A stretch of 43,014 nucleotides of DNA from Conidiobolus incongruus B7586 (lineage: Eukaryota), in NCBI GenBank assembly GCA_000697335.1, contig JNEM01009031.1, positions 1 to 43,014 on the forward strand, given 5' to 3'. Each line of letters begins with the position of its first letter. The first letter of the stretch is position 1. Under the pieces are notes generated by a model. The model did no database searches and was not told where the DNA came from. It saw only the letters and a list, made by a program, of their open reading frames with translations. Below are positions 1-12,100 of the stretch, piece after piece. The translations under genes and the position numbers were made by a program.

Positions 1-848
1 GAGTGTAGCTTCTCTTTTGGTTGGCGTCATTAGCAATAATCAGTCCCTTAGGAACATTAACAGCTAAATGTGCTTCCAAATCATCCAAATCATCTGAACT
101 AATACGGCTCAAATCCTCTCTGTGCAAAGCTTCAATCAACTGATTAGTTTTGGATCCAGGAGCAGCACACATATCGAGCACATAGTGATGAGGCTCAACA
201 CCGAGCAACAATGGGGGAACCATACTGACGGCTTCTTGACGGCTGATATTGCCGACATCAGTTTCACCAACCAAGAATTTGTGGAATTCTTGGAATTCTT
301 CGCATTTTCTGACATTGGTGCGGGAACTGGGAACATGCCATCCGAACTCATCAGGATACCAAGGGAGAGGAAATGGAGGTTGAATAGGCTCACCATCGAT
401 GGTCTTGCCCTCAAGACTGGGAATGAAACGGTTCTTGAGCATATTCAAAATTTCCATACCTTGACTGAAATCAGAATTAATTTGAAAGATCTTTTGAAAA
501 TATTGCAAATTAAATTACCTTCTGGTACCAGTAATACGGAAAGTAACGGGCAAAGATTCCTTCAAATAAGTTTTAAATTGCTCAAACTCTTCTTCATTGG
601 GGATGATATTTTGTAACTAAAAAATTATTCAACAAAATTTTTTTAAATATATATTATTTTTAAGTACTTTATAATATTCGAAGAATTTTTCGTTATCTTT
701 ATTGGCTTCATCGTAATGGAGTCTCTCTTTACGAGGTTGTTGACCTTGACTATCCTTGTTTTGGTTTTGCCCCTATTGAAATAAATCAGGAAAAAAATAT
801 TATGATCATTAAAAATTGTACCTTATTCTTCTTGAAACGTTTACCCAT
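1..848 (-). CDS. NCL1: tRNA (cytosine-5)-methyltransferase Trm4/NCL1/NSUN2, 5' part; runs off the window start
   Basis: Spliced by hand: exons 848-822, 772-668, 616-519, 464-<1 with GT-AG introns. Translation MGKRFKKNK...NEKFFEYYKLQNIIP...LPVTFRITG...PWYP...GNISRQEAVSMVPPLLLGVEPHHYVLDMCAAPGSKT...GLIIANDA; these are diagnostic NSUN2/Trm4 motifs. Confidence 0.95.
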
Positions 849-1002
849 TTTATTTAAATTAACACAATATTTTTTCTAATTAATATTTAAAATATTGAAA
901 TTATTTTATATTATAATTATAATTAATTGTAATTCAATTATAATTTTAAAATAGTCAAATTTGCTAAATTAACCTTTTATTATTTTATTATGGAATTTAT
1001 TT

Positions 1003-1011
1003 TTATGGGAT
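1003..1011 (-). promoter_or_regulatory. Recurrent promoter 9-mer ATCCCATAA upstream of NCL1
   Basis: TTATGGGAT on +, ~155 nt upstream of the ATG; same 9-mer and orientation upstream of RPN10, ATG10 and UTP10. Confidence 0.45.
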
Positions 1012-1999
1012 AATATATATTTTGGTATTTTTATCTTAATTGATTTAAAAATAATAAATTTACTCAATAAAACAATGTCCATATATATGTATATACTTCT
1101 AATTATTCACAACTTTGTTATATATACAGACCAATTATATCAATGACAATTTAAATAACGCAAGTAATGAATATATATTTTTTCAATTAATTATTCCTAA
1201 TATATATAATTTATACCAATAATTTGAATTAATTATTAAAACATATTTTTTAAATCAAAATTTGAATTCATTTATTAGTAATTAATTTATTATTATAGAT
1301 TTAATAACTGGTATTTATATACTATTTTATTTTGCTATTTAAATTTCAAAAGTAAATATATTTCATGAGTCGAAAGATTTTCAAAAATTATTAAATGCTG
1401 ATTTCCTAAAAATAAAATTTCAAACTAATCATATGATTTGTTTAATTGTATTAAATTGATAATTAGCAAAGTAAATACAATGAGGTTATAATTGAAGATA
1501 AATTGTAATTTTATTTAATTGATTAGACTTAAAATATATAAAATTAAATAAATATTATTCATTTATTAGAGGAGTAAAATTACAAAAAAAATGTATTTAA
1601 AGTGATAAATATTACTGTTAATATATTATTTCAATAGCCAAAAGAATTTAAATAAAATTATAAAAAAAATAAATTGAGTTTGAATTATATATTGTATCGA
1701 TATATGGAATTCAGCGATTCATATTGTAAAAAAAGCAACAGATGTCGTAGTATAATAATCCTGGTTAGAAATTGAAATAGATATCTATAGATATTATAAT
1801 TATCAGATAATAAAACAACGTTTAATTAGAATTCGCGAAAAATAAAAATATAATTGTTGAAATCAATATATGCCAATTGAGCAACATTTAAATGAGTTTG
1901 GATAAAAATATAAAGCTCAGGAATCAGGTAACGAATCAGCTATATATAATTAATAATGAGCGAATTGAAATGTATTTTAATAATAGTATACTAAGACAT

Positions 2000-3176
2000 T
2001 TATTCTAAATCAAAATTAGTATATAATAAAATAATTTCATATATGTATATTACCTTCCATTTTGTCGTCTTTATTGTCATCGTCTTGGTTATTATTATTC
2101 TGATCCATCATGGAGAGTTGGATAGCACGTGCAATTTGAGCTTCTTCGGATTCATCATCGTCCATAAAAACATCTGGGGGAGGAGGGATAGTGGAAGGGG
2201 CAGGACCTAATTCAGTTTGAGCAGATGATTCGGTATTTTCACCGGATTTGGCTCTGGCAGCTTCTTGTCTAGCTCTTTCTTCCTCCATAGAAATACGGAG
2301 TGCAAGCGCAAGTTCGGGATCGACAGATGGATCAACTCCAAATTCAAAGTTGTTAGAGCGGGATACACTACCGCCATCTTCAGAGGCAAGAATGGGTGAT
2401 GTTAGGATAACGTCACTAAGAAGATTATCACTTGGTTGGACCGTAAGAAAATGACTATAAAATATTAGTTAAATTAATAAATTACGTCAAAATGGATGTT
2501 TACACACCTGTTATCGGCACTGTTAACCAATTCGACAAAAGTGGATAATTTTTGTTCATTTTCAGCATATTCTCCAAAATTGATGATGTCAATAGCCACA
2601 TTGTTTTTCTTCATCTTTTTAGCCAAATGTGCCAATTGTTGTTCTGTGGCTTGAACGGGACTTCCTACAAATACAATTACACGCTGACGTTGGTTCTTGT
2701 TTTGACGATGTTTTAAAGCGAGCTATTAGAAAGGAGTCATTAATAAAAATATGCCATTATGTAGTCTAGGACTTATTGTTACATGAGCTACTTGGATTCC
2801 TTCTACCAAATTGATAGAACCCTCAAGATTGACTTTGTGAGCTGTAGTTAATACTTTACCCAAATCAGAGGATAATGTAGTCAAGACTTTTGGACTAAAT
2901 TATTTAAAAAATTAGTGAATTAAATTTTGTAATTATAGAATTTAATACCCTTTGCCTGCCATAGTCAATACACCTACAGTATTTTCAGGATGGTCAGAAG
3001 TTTTAGAGCGGAATATAAGACCCAAAGCATCGTATTGAGCTTCTAGACGAGTTGGTAAATAATCTCCATTACGCATGTATTCGGAGTTGTCGAGGCTATA
3101 TTTAATAGGATTAGTTTAAATTTAAATGAATTTGAATAAGTAATACTGACACAACCATAGTAGCTTCTAATACCAT
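2000..3176 (-). CDS. RPN10: 26S proteasome regulatory subunit Rpn10 (vWA + UIM)
   Basis: Exons 3176-3151, 3095-2949, 2894-2783, 2722-2508, 2454-2054 and a probable 5-nt last exon 2004-2000; without that intron the stop is at 2037. Translation [29 protein letters not shown]...[14 protein letters not shown]...[24 protein letters not shown]...[10 protein letters not shown]. Confidence 0.96.
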
Positions 3177-3343
3177 TTTGAATGTTAAATTTAATTGATA
3201 ATAATAAAACTAATGCTGATTTAAATATTTAAAGTGAAATTAATGTTAAATTTTATTATTAATTGTGGTTATGATAATTGATTGTACTGCTTACGTGATC
3301 TAAAATTTAAATTCATAGATATAGTCATTCATGGTAATAACTA

Positions 3344-3352
3344 TTATGGGAT
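3344..3352 (-). promoter_or_regulatory. Recurrent promoter 9-mer ATCCCATAA in the RPN10/MOCS2B divergent promoter
   Basis: TTATGGGAT on +, ~170 nt upstream of the RPN10 ATG. Confidence 0.45.
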
Positions 3353-3547
3353 AAATATCAAGATTTGGTGATTAATACGTCATGATAATTGGACCACTTT
3401 TGATTGATATTAAATTAATTAATTCATAATACAAGAATTTCTAACTTGGTATTTTGATTTGAATTCAGTTAAACATCTTTAAACTAATAAATAATATTAA
3501 TCAAACTAGCATTAAACTATAATAATCAATTCTTTTTTACGCTATTC

Positions 3548-4098
3548 ATGTCTGTTATTTCGGAATCTGCAGCTGTTCATTACGAACCTAAGGGTACTCA
3601 CCCTCCCACCAAGCCATGGATTGAGGAAGATAATCGTATTTTCATTCAGGAAGAGCCTCTATCTATTGAAGCTTGTACTTTGTGGGCTCAAAACGATTCA
3701 TGCGGAGCTATTGCCACCTTCATAGGTACCACACGCAACGAATTTAACCGTAATAAAAATTATCTACTTCATATAAAATCAATTCAGTAACTTTATTTAT
3801 CGTTATAGATAAACCAGTATCTAAATTAGAATACGAATACTATCCCGAAATGGCCGAAATGGAAATCAAAAAAATCATCCAAAAATTAAGACAGATTACT
3901 CCCGAATTGTGTAAAGTTTTGGTTGGTCACCGCGTTGGCACCGTGCCTGTAGGCGAAGTCAGTATTATTATCGTAGTTTCTAGTCCCCACAGGAAGGAAG
4001 CTCTTTCAGCCGTCGATTTTATCATTGACCACGTTAAGAAGACTGTTCCCATTTGGAAGAAGGAATATTTTAGTGACGGTTCTACAACGTGGAAATAA
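3548..4098 (+). CDS. MOCS2B: Molybdopterin synthase catalytic subunit (MoaE/MOCS2B/CnxH)
   Basis: Exons 3548-3749 and 3809-4098 joined in frame by GT-AG intron 3750-3808. Motifs CGAIATFIGTTR, LEYEYYPEMA, HRVGTVPVGEVSI, SSPHRKEAL, KKTVPIWKKE. Confidence 0.95.
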
Positions 4099-4529
4099 TT
4101 TATTGTTGTTATTCCAGTTATTTGAAACTCTATCTGTATTTCAAAGTTATTGACTTTAAGATGTCAAGGATGTTATTTCATAGTATTAAATATTGTGGTT
4201 TGATAGCATGATGCCCAATATTGTTTATTTTCTATTATTCACTAACTTTTCATATTTAGTTTTTATTTTAAATAAATTAAGTACACTCTCAAATAGATTG
4301 ACTTAATATTTTACTGTATAGAATTCATATTGATTTTATGTCTCATCTCAACATTAATTAATTTCCTATTTAGTTTCTATCAACCATGCTTAAATTATAT
4401 CATATATATTTTGCAAATTTTAGTTTATTTTTCTTTAATACACAGATAATAATAATGTTAGAATTTGAATTTCATTATTTATAGTATTTGTAATTACTCT
4501 TAAAATATTTTATATTATCACGAACCAGG

Positions 4530-4841
4530 AGGTCTGCTCGCCATTCAACTTTAACTATTTGCCCTTATTCTGAACGTAATCCACACGCAAGTACGTTACG
4601 CAATCCTTGCACAATCCAAAATTCCCGATAATAACTAATGGTGTTTCAACACATTGGCCAAGGACTGATAGCACTATAAAATCGCCACTGAGCACATATT
4701 TGCTCGGAGATCATCTCGATCAGGGCCAAGTCCTACATCTTGAAATTTTAGTAAAGCCCTTTAAGTATCCCGTTAGTCACCCTTGGTCTGTTTTATCGAA
4801 TCTACTTGATCCTTATTGTAAGACTACCTTTCAGCAGACCT
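4530..4841. ncRNA. Unassigned structured ncRNA candidate (~310 nt)
   Basis: GC-enriched island in very AT-rich spacer with no credible ORF. Its ends pair perfectly (AGGTCTGCT 4530-4538 / AGCAGACCT 4833-4841), and there are several internal stems. Confidence 0.5.
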
Positions 4842-5192
4842 GCAGTATTTAAATAATTGTTTGCAATTAAGAAAATTTGTTATCTGGATTAATATTCCAG
4901 ATCAAAAGTAAATTGTATTTAAAAATTTGTTTTATTGATAATAAAAACTATTATTAATGAGAGAAAAGTTATTAAATGAAGAGATAGTTAAGTATATAGT
5001 TTTATATAATAAAATAAAAAATTAAAATAACAATAAAAAAGTGAGATAATTGAAGAATTCAACGAAAAATGACAAAATTGAGAATGAATGCTAAAATATA
5101 AAAAAATTAAAATTATGAAATTATAAATTAATTATTTTGAAATTAAAGTCCAAAATTAAATCATAAAAATAATTAATTGGAAAGGTGATTAG

Positions 5193-5264
5193 AGCAGCGT
5201 AGCGCAGAGGAAGCGCGCGGGGCTCATAACCCCGAGGTCGGAGGATCGAAACCTCTCGCTCCTA
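5193..5264 (+). tRNA. Initiator tRNA-Met (CAT)
   Basis: Cloverleaf AGCAGCG-TA-GCGC-AGAGGAA-GCGC-G-CGGGG-CTCATAA-CCCCG-AGGTC-GGAGG-ATCGAAA-CCTCT-CGCTCCT-A. A1:U72, the A54 T-loop (ATCGAAA) and the G-C-rich anticodon stem are eukaryotic initiator hallmarks. Confidence 0.96.
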
Positions 5265-5269
5265 TTTTT
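5265..5269 (+). terminator. RNA polymerase III T-run terminator of tRNA-iMet
   Basis: TTTTT immediately after the discriminator base. Confidence 0.8.
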
Positions 5270-5298
5270 CATTTGATAAGATCTTTTTATAAATATTC

Positions 5299-5307
5299 AT
5301 CCCATAA
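5299..5307 (+). promoter_or_regulatory. Recurrent promoter 9-mer ATCCCATAA upstream of ATG10
   Basis: ATCCCATAA on +, ~75 nt upstream of the ATG. Confidence 0.45.
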
Positions 5308-5380
5308 AAGTTAACAAAACCATTATTCTAAATTAATTACAAATTTATTTTTCCCAGTCAATAAACATAATTTCAATATC

Positions 5381-5971
5381 ATGTCTAACTTCAACTATGG
5401 TAAATTCAAACTTACAAAATCTGAATTTAACGAAGCATGTTATCAATTTTTAAACCAATCCAAAGAATTAAATGACAATTGGCAATTAATTCAATCCGAA
5501 TTACCTGGTAATTCAATTTATTTACAACATTTAAATTATTATATCAACTACACAATTGCTTCAAAAGCCCATCATTGTAGAATGGATTTTCACATATTGT
5601 ATTCACCCGGTTATTGTGTGCCATGTCTGTATTTCTTACCCTTTAAAATGGACAATTCAATAATGAACATTGATGAAATTTACGAATTGATAAGATCTAG
5701 ATCTTCCCAATTGGATGCTATGAAAGAGATTGAGTTCGGAGGTGCTATTTCTCAGGGAGATCATCCAGTATTGAATACACCTTACTTTTTTATTCATCCG
5801 TGTCGTACTATTAAAATGCTTGAAGCTATATTTAATCATCAGGATGATGATAATAATGCTGAATTAGCATTTAAATCCCATGAATTAAAACTTAATAACT
5901 ATATTAAGAATTGGGTTGGAATAATTGGAAATCCAATAGGTCTTGTATTAAATTCAAATTATTATATTTAA
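5381..5971 (+). CDS. ATG10: Ubiquitin-like-conjugating (E2-like) enzyme Atg10
   Basis: Intronless 196-aa ORF with FHILYSPGYCVPCLYF and ISQGDHPVLNTPYFFIHPCRT (catalytic HPC), typical of Atg10. Confidence 0.9.
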   Translation: MSNFNYGKFKLTKSEFNEACYQFLNQSKELNDNWQLIQSELPGNSIYLQHLNYYINYTIASKAHHCRMDFHILYSPGYCVPCLYFLPFKMDNSIMNIDEIYELIRSRSSQLDAMKEIEFGGAISQGDHPVLNTPYFFIHPCRTIKMLEAIFNHQDDDNNAELAFKSHELKLNNYIKNWVGIIGNPIGLVLNSNYYI

Positions 5972-6120
5972 ATAAAAATATAATTGTTTCATAATATAAT
6001 TTTATTGATTTGTATTTTAAAAACAAATAGGTCTAATTTTTAATTAAATGCCATAGCTGAAAAAATGACAGATACTATATATAATATAAATTATAGAGAT
6101 TGGTGGAGATTATGTCTGAA

Positions 6121-9100
6121 TTAACGGAAATATTCTTGGAGGGAGATGTCAGCATGCTTTTCAATTGTAAGCACAAGATCACTGACGGTTTGAGTAACGG
6201 TAGGATGGTCATCTTCCATGACTTCAGCCAAAAAGGGAATGGTTTCGGCAACAAAGGGTGCAAACTTTTCGTTGAGGTGAATATAAATATCCTTGATAGC
6301 CAGCATAGCAATGCATTTAGACTAAACAAGTAAATTAATAACTGTTTAATAAGTAGAAATTATAATGATTACCTGATATGCTTCAGTTCGAGTCTTGACC
6401 AAAATTTCATGATTTATCTTCTTCCAAGCATTTTCATTATCGATATTCAGTATTAAGCTTGTGAAGCAAGGTACTAAGTTGGCAGAGGCAAGTTCAAGAT
6501 CTGTAACGGTATCAATTTGACGTAACAAAGCTTCGAGAAGAGATGTGTAGTTATCCAAGTTCCAAATATCAACGTTATCATGTTGGTTAGAGAGTGTAAT
6601 AGACTGTAGGAGATACTTCCAGAGGTCTTGGTTAGTTTCATCAAGGGTCATGGTGCTAAGCTCATTGACACTGTGTTTGACGAGGTAAGTAAATACTGGA
6701 GAAATCAATTCTCCAAGTTCAGAAAGGAGGTATTGAGTCAATCTGTAGAATACAGTAGAGCGTAATTTTCCTTCATCTGATCCTTGTTTTTCGATAGTAC
6801 CCCAATCAATCAACTTAAGAAGAATAGGCTTGAAGATGCTATCATCTAATCTGACGATTAGTTCGAATAAACTCTTAATAATTGCAAGTTCAACGGTATC
6901 TAAGTCTGATCCCAATTGTTTTTGAGTGAATCTCAAATCCATATGACCCAAGAGGAATTTGAAGATCTTGATGCTATATTGAGAAATTTCACTCTTGGGG
7001 ATGGAAATAATGATCTGGGTCAAGAAGTTGAAAAGATAGATAAGAGCAGAGCCTCCAAGTTCGAGAGCCTTTGGTGTAGCTTCATAAACAACAGGTAGTA
7101 AAGCCCTAGGAGAAACGTGCTTGATAAGAGAGATAGAAAGATCATTACAATGCTCAACAATAGAGGTCTTGGAAGCTTCTTCAAATTTCCAAGTTTGGAC
7201 GACGAGCAGTGTGTTCATGATGCGACTGAGGTAGGGTCCAATGAAGTCAGATTGGCTAATAATCAAGGAGTCAACGAGAGCAAGGCCGGAAAGAACAGCA
7301 GCACGGAGGCCAGAATCGTTAGATTGAATATTAAAAAGGTTAATAAAACGATCAACAGCTTTAGGAGCAAAAGAGTTGACTTTTTTAACCAAAAGGGGTC
7401 CAAGCTGACGTGATAAATAGGTCAAGCACACAAAGCTGGAAGCAACAATATGGAGATTTTCATTCTCAAGACCATGAGGACCAGCAGCCAAAGGTAAAAC
7501 GATGTTAATAAAGGTAGAGTTGGGATGGTGAGGATTTTCAGGAGTAGCAAAAGTCTTGATCAACATACCCAAACAGTGCAAAGCAGTTTGACGATTGGTA
7601 GTAGATTCTTCACCGTTGGGGGCAGATTCTCCTTTGACAATTTTAACCAACAAGGGTAACATCTTAACAAATGAAGTCATATAAGAGCTCTTATTCTCAG
7701 GCTTGAGGTTGCTAATTCGAGTGTTCAAAAGATGAATAGCGAATTGTCTAACTGTAAATCTAGAATGTTGCAACATTTCAGAGATAAATAAAAGAATAGA
7801 AGTACTTGAGAGAGTATTCAAAACGTTGGTCAATACATCGTTGATCAAGCTAATCAAACCTCTGAAGAAGCGATCAATGTTTTTGTTAACTTCATCCTTT
7901 TGTCCCAATTCGACGAGATAATCCTTAAAATCTTGGAACATGAGTAAGATAGTTTGAGCCAATGGCAAATAGTGTTTGTCAAACTCTTGTTTAGCATTGG
8001 AATCAGATTGAAAGAGAGCGACTTGCTGTAAGAATTGATCAGATGAAGTGATCATCTTGATAAGCTGAACAACTCCCAACTTGTAGTGACGTATTTGTTT
8101 GTCTGAACGCTCAGAGAATTCATAAATAGTTTGGGGTTGTGAAGCCTGATCAGCTTCTTGTTCATCTTCCTTAGGTTTTTCGTTGGGGACCATTAAAGTA
8201 TCTTTAAGAAGTAAATTCAAGTTATTAAGCTGAATTTCAATAGAGAATTGACTTAATAAATCTTGAGAAAATTCCAAATATTCTTCAGCGCCATCTTTAA
8301 TTGGTTTAACATGTCTGATAGAATATTTATCAAGTAACAACCCCAAAGTAGGATAGAGATAGCTATCAGCACCCATTGAGTTGACGAGAACAGTAATTAG
8401 CTTTAATCTACGATGAGCAGGGATGTGCAAAAGAGCATTAACAAAGATGGCGATAATGGGTTTGGCTTCTAAGAAAGATTGATGAATATTATCGGATTTT
8501 TCAATATAGGATTGAATAAGCACTGGCATAATAGTTGACAAAGCTTGTTCAATGACGTAGAAGCTATAGTTATCATCTTTACGAGTGACATTAGTACCCA
8601 TAAAGGTGAAAAGAGGCATGATATTATGAAGTACTTGCTCAGGGGAGTGTTGTGAAACAGTGGCCAAGAGAAGTAAAGCTGAATTATGAGTTTGAGGGTT
8701 AGTTGATAATCTCAAGCATTGGACAATACTATCCATACGAATGGGAGTGGAAGTCAAGACAGAGGAATCCAACTTGCAAATAGTAGTGGCAACGGAGAAA
8801 ATAAGCTGGAAAATATAATCGAATGCAGAATAGCCGATAGAAGATCCCAAATCAATGAATATGGTAATTAAATCGGAGAGCTTCATTATCAAGGAGTCTA
8901 GGTTAGCGGATAATTCGATAGAATCCAAGATTTCAAGCAAAGAGGTAAGCTGAGAGAATAATAAACTATCTTGATTGAGATCATTTTCAAGCTTAGCCTT
9001 CTTATTAGCCATTTCAACTTCAGGACGAATTTGATCTGATATTTCAGTCAAGATTTCAATGTAAAGTTGAATTGAAGCATTGATGTCACCAAGAGTTCTT

Positions 9101-12100
9101 TTAGCCAAACTAGCCAAACTTTCTTCAGCAGTTGAACTAATATTAATCAAAGCGCGGAATAACTGAGATTGGTTGGCAGCAGAAAATTGCCTGAAGAAAT
9201 CTTGAGAGAAGAGCTTAAGAATCAAGTGGCAAACTGTGGTAGTTTGATTATTAATAGTGACGGGGTTAGTTAATCCAAGTGCAAAAGTCAGGATGTTCAT
9301 GTATTTCACTTTGTTGGAGCCAGAAAGTGCAAGAGCGGAAGGAGTGAAATATTCAATAATTCCGGCCAAGAGTTTACCTTCAAGAGGGGACAAAGAAATT
9401 TGTTTAGAAACCTTTTCGAGTAAGTCACTGAAAAGGGTGCTGACAATCTTTAACTTGCTCTTAAATTTCAAAGGGCTGAGAGCGTGAATGATTTGAATTT
9501 GAGCTTCAGGTAATGGGAAGTTGACTGCATTGGATAACAAGAAAGATCCAAGAGCTTCAGTATTGAGTTCCTTAGTGCTATTGGATTCATTAGTGAAATA
9601 GCCGAGAATGGTAGAGAGATCAGTTAATGTAGAAGAGATAGTCACTTGATGTGCCAAAATACTTTGGATAAAGGTACGGGTATGCTCTGTGGACAAAAAG
9701 ATCAAATCACTTCTTGATTGGCTACCATAGAATGAATCCGACTTATAATAGTTAAGCTTGGATTTAGATGATTTAGAGTTCTTAGCCTTTGTAGAGGAGA
9801 CATTAGCATCTTTGTAATGTTCGCTAAATAGCTCGAACAGCTTCAAAGTATATTTCCTTGTTAAAGGATCTTGGGAAGTGAGTCCAATGCATAATTGAGG
9901 AATCAAGATTTGATAATCGATAAATGGTGATGAAGTTTGAGCAAGAATGTTCTTAAGACAAATATATAATAGGGTGAGAATTCTTGATTGTACACCAGAA
10001 TCATGGCTTAAGATGAATTGTCTTAATAAAAGCTCAACTATCGATTCAGAGTAAGGGCTTGTTAATTTAGTTAACAAATCTTGAGAAAAGCTTAGGGGCC
10101 ATTTGGCTAAATAGACAAAAACGCCATCAATCAATTGAAGAGATTGATCTTCAAAAGATAATTGATCTAACCAAAGTGTCTTATTGTCGATGGATAATGA
10201 TGTAATAGCTGTGAGTATTGATTCAATACAGAAGTGAGTGAGAGGAGCGGCAGTATAACCAAGATCGTCGTGAAGAGGAATTTTCTTGATCAATTTATCC
10301 AAATTGGTATTACCAAGAGTGATACCTTGAGGAAGAGGGAATGGTTTGATAACGTAAGCTAAAGCACCCAAGAAAAACTGACCCAAGGATAAAATAGCAT
10401 GTTTTGAAGAAGTTTTGGTTAGAGCTTGAGCTAAAACCACTAAAACAAAATAACGAACTGAAAGAGCTGATTGCTGAACAGCAGATGAAAGAATGGTTAA
10501 ATCGTTTTCGATATTTTCTGAGGAAGAGAGATTATCGGCTAAGAGGCTGATGAATTTGAGGTGCAATCGGTAAGCTGAATAGTTGTTTTCGTTGATATCA
10601 AGTTTGTTTAGGTTAGTTAAGAAGCTTGTTTCAGGGAAGGTATTTTGAGCGAGTAATTTTCGAATACTATCGAACAAGGAGAACTGAGTACTTTCAGAAA
10701 AGAAAGCCCCCAAAAGCAATGTGACAATATCACTCAAATGAGCTTGGACGAATTTGGGTTCAAAAAGTAAGGCGATAACCTCGTTGGAGATAGATTTGCT
10801 ATTGGCACGAGAGTAGTTCCAAATTTTTTCAGCAGTGATCACATCTCTTAAAGCAGTTTTAGATAAAATTAGTTCTGCAGATTTGTCTCTAATAGTAGCG
10901 TCGGAATCAAAGAGACATTCCAATAACTGGTTAGAAACTTTTTTGTAAACCTTGTTAGAGTGCTCAACAGTTGAGAGAGATGCAATTGTGGTCAATCTAG
11001 AGGTATTATCTCCATTCACCAAGGATTGATCCAAAGGTTTACCTTCAGTAGTCAAAGCAAAAACGTTATCCTTAATAACGGAGGTAGAGATCGTGACAAT
11101 CTTCTTGTGGAAAGCTTGATCATTCTTATAAGAATCCATCTTATTCTGTAGTAATAACTCAATACTAGGATTGGAAATGTGGGCAGATTTGGATAAAATA
11201 TCGACGAGTAACTGTGTAGCATTATTCGAGAGTTTAGCAAGATTCTTGGGTGTGATAAGCGAATTCATTAATTTGGCTAAAATAGAAGAGGTGATAATAT
11301 CGGAATTTGATAAGAGCTTAGTTGCCAGTTTGACTTCAGCGGAATCTGTAGTTTTGGTGAGAGCAGTTAAAATTAATTGCTGAGAGAAAGTTATTATGAA
11401 TTGCTCAATATTAGTATTAGTAGCGAAGCCTTCCAAACTGGACAAAAGATCGTTTTGATTCAAGAGCCAATCGATGAGAAATGATTCAATTTGAATAGCA
11501 CGCGATTCAGTGTATTGATAAGTAAATAATGATGTGATAATGGAGAGAGATACATCCAAATCAAGCTGAGAAAGAGTCACTGTCTTTAATGTAGATTCAA
11601 TGAATTTTTTAGAAAAGGATGCTCTTGTTATTAAATAAATTAATACTGATGAAGAAGCAAGCTAAATAATTTAATATAAATAAGATGGAACATATTTTCA
11701 GATAATTTTTAATATAATATACCTTATAATCATCACAGGTTTCAGATTTTATACCCTTAAAGATTTGAGGCAGTATGGGAACTAGCTGCTGATCTGCGAT
11801 TTTAAGATAATCTTTGTAAAATTCGAGGAGGAATCCAGAATAGAATGAATAAAGTGTGGTAAATGATGGGACAATAAGAGATGATTTATGTACCTAAATT
11901 TTAAATAATTTGTTATCATAATAAATAATGCTGAATGCATTTTGAAATTACCCATTCACCAAAAGTAGTTAATACTGTAATATCTTGTTTGGCCCATTGA
12001 ATAAGATGTTGCTTGAGCATAGGTGATTTACTCTTTCTAACACCAATCAAATAACTTAACTTGTCATTTGGGCTAAAATACAGTTAATACATGAGGTATA

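Noticed and set aside
122..616. 164-aa plus-strand ORF and 92-aa minus ORF (136-414)
   Set aside because: Antisense and off-frame shadows of the spliced NCL1 exons.
3177..3547. Possible upstream MOCS2A ORF (bicistronic MOCS2)
   Set aside because: No ORF ending in Gly-Gly is visible; this is an AT-rich divergent promoter.
4819..4836. AAGACTACCTTTCAG resembling the U3 5' end or RNase P CR-V
   Set aside because: It sits at the 3' end of the island with no U3 boxes after it and no matching CR-I, so the identity is unsupported.
4607..4852. 81-aa ORF in the GC island
   Set aside because: TTG start, in-frame stop shortly upstream, no recognisable motif; base-pairing potential explains the island better.
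6916..11383. Short ORFs overlapping UTP10 (and likewise those inside the UNC-80-like and F-box genes)
   Set aside because: Antisense or off-frame by-products of long coding exons.
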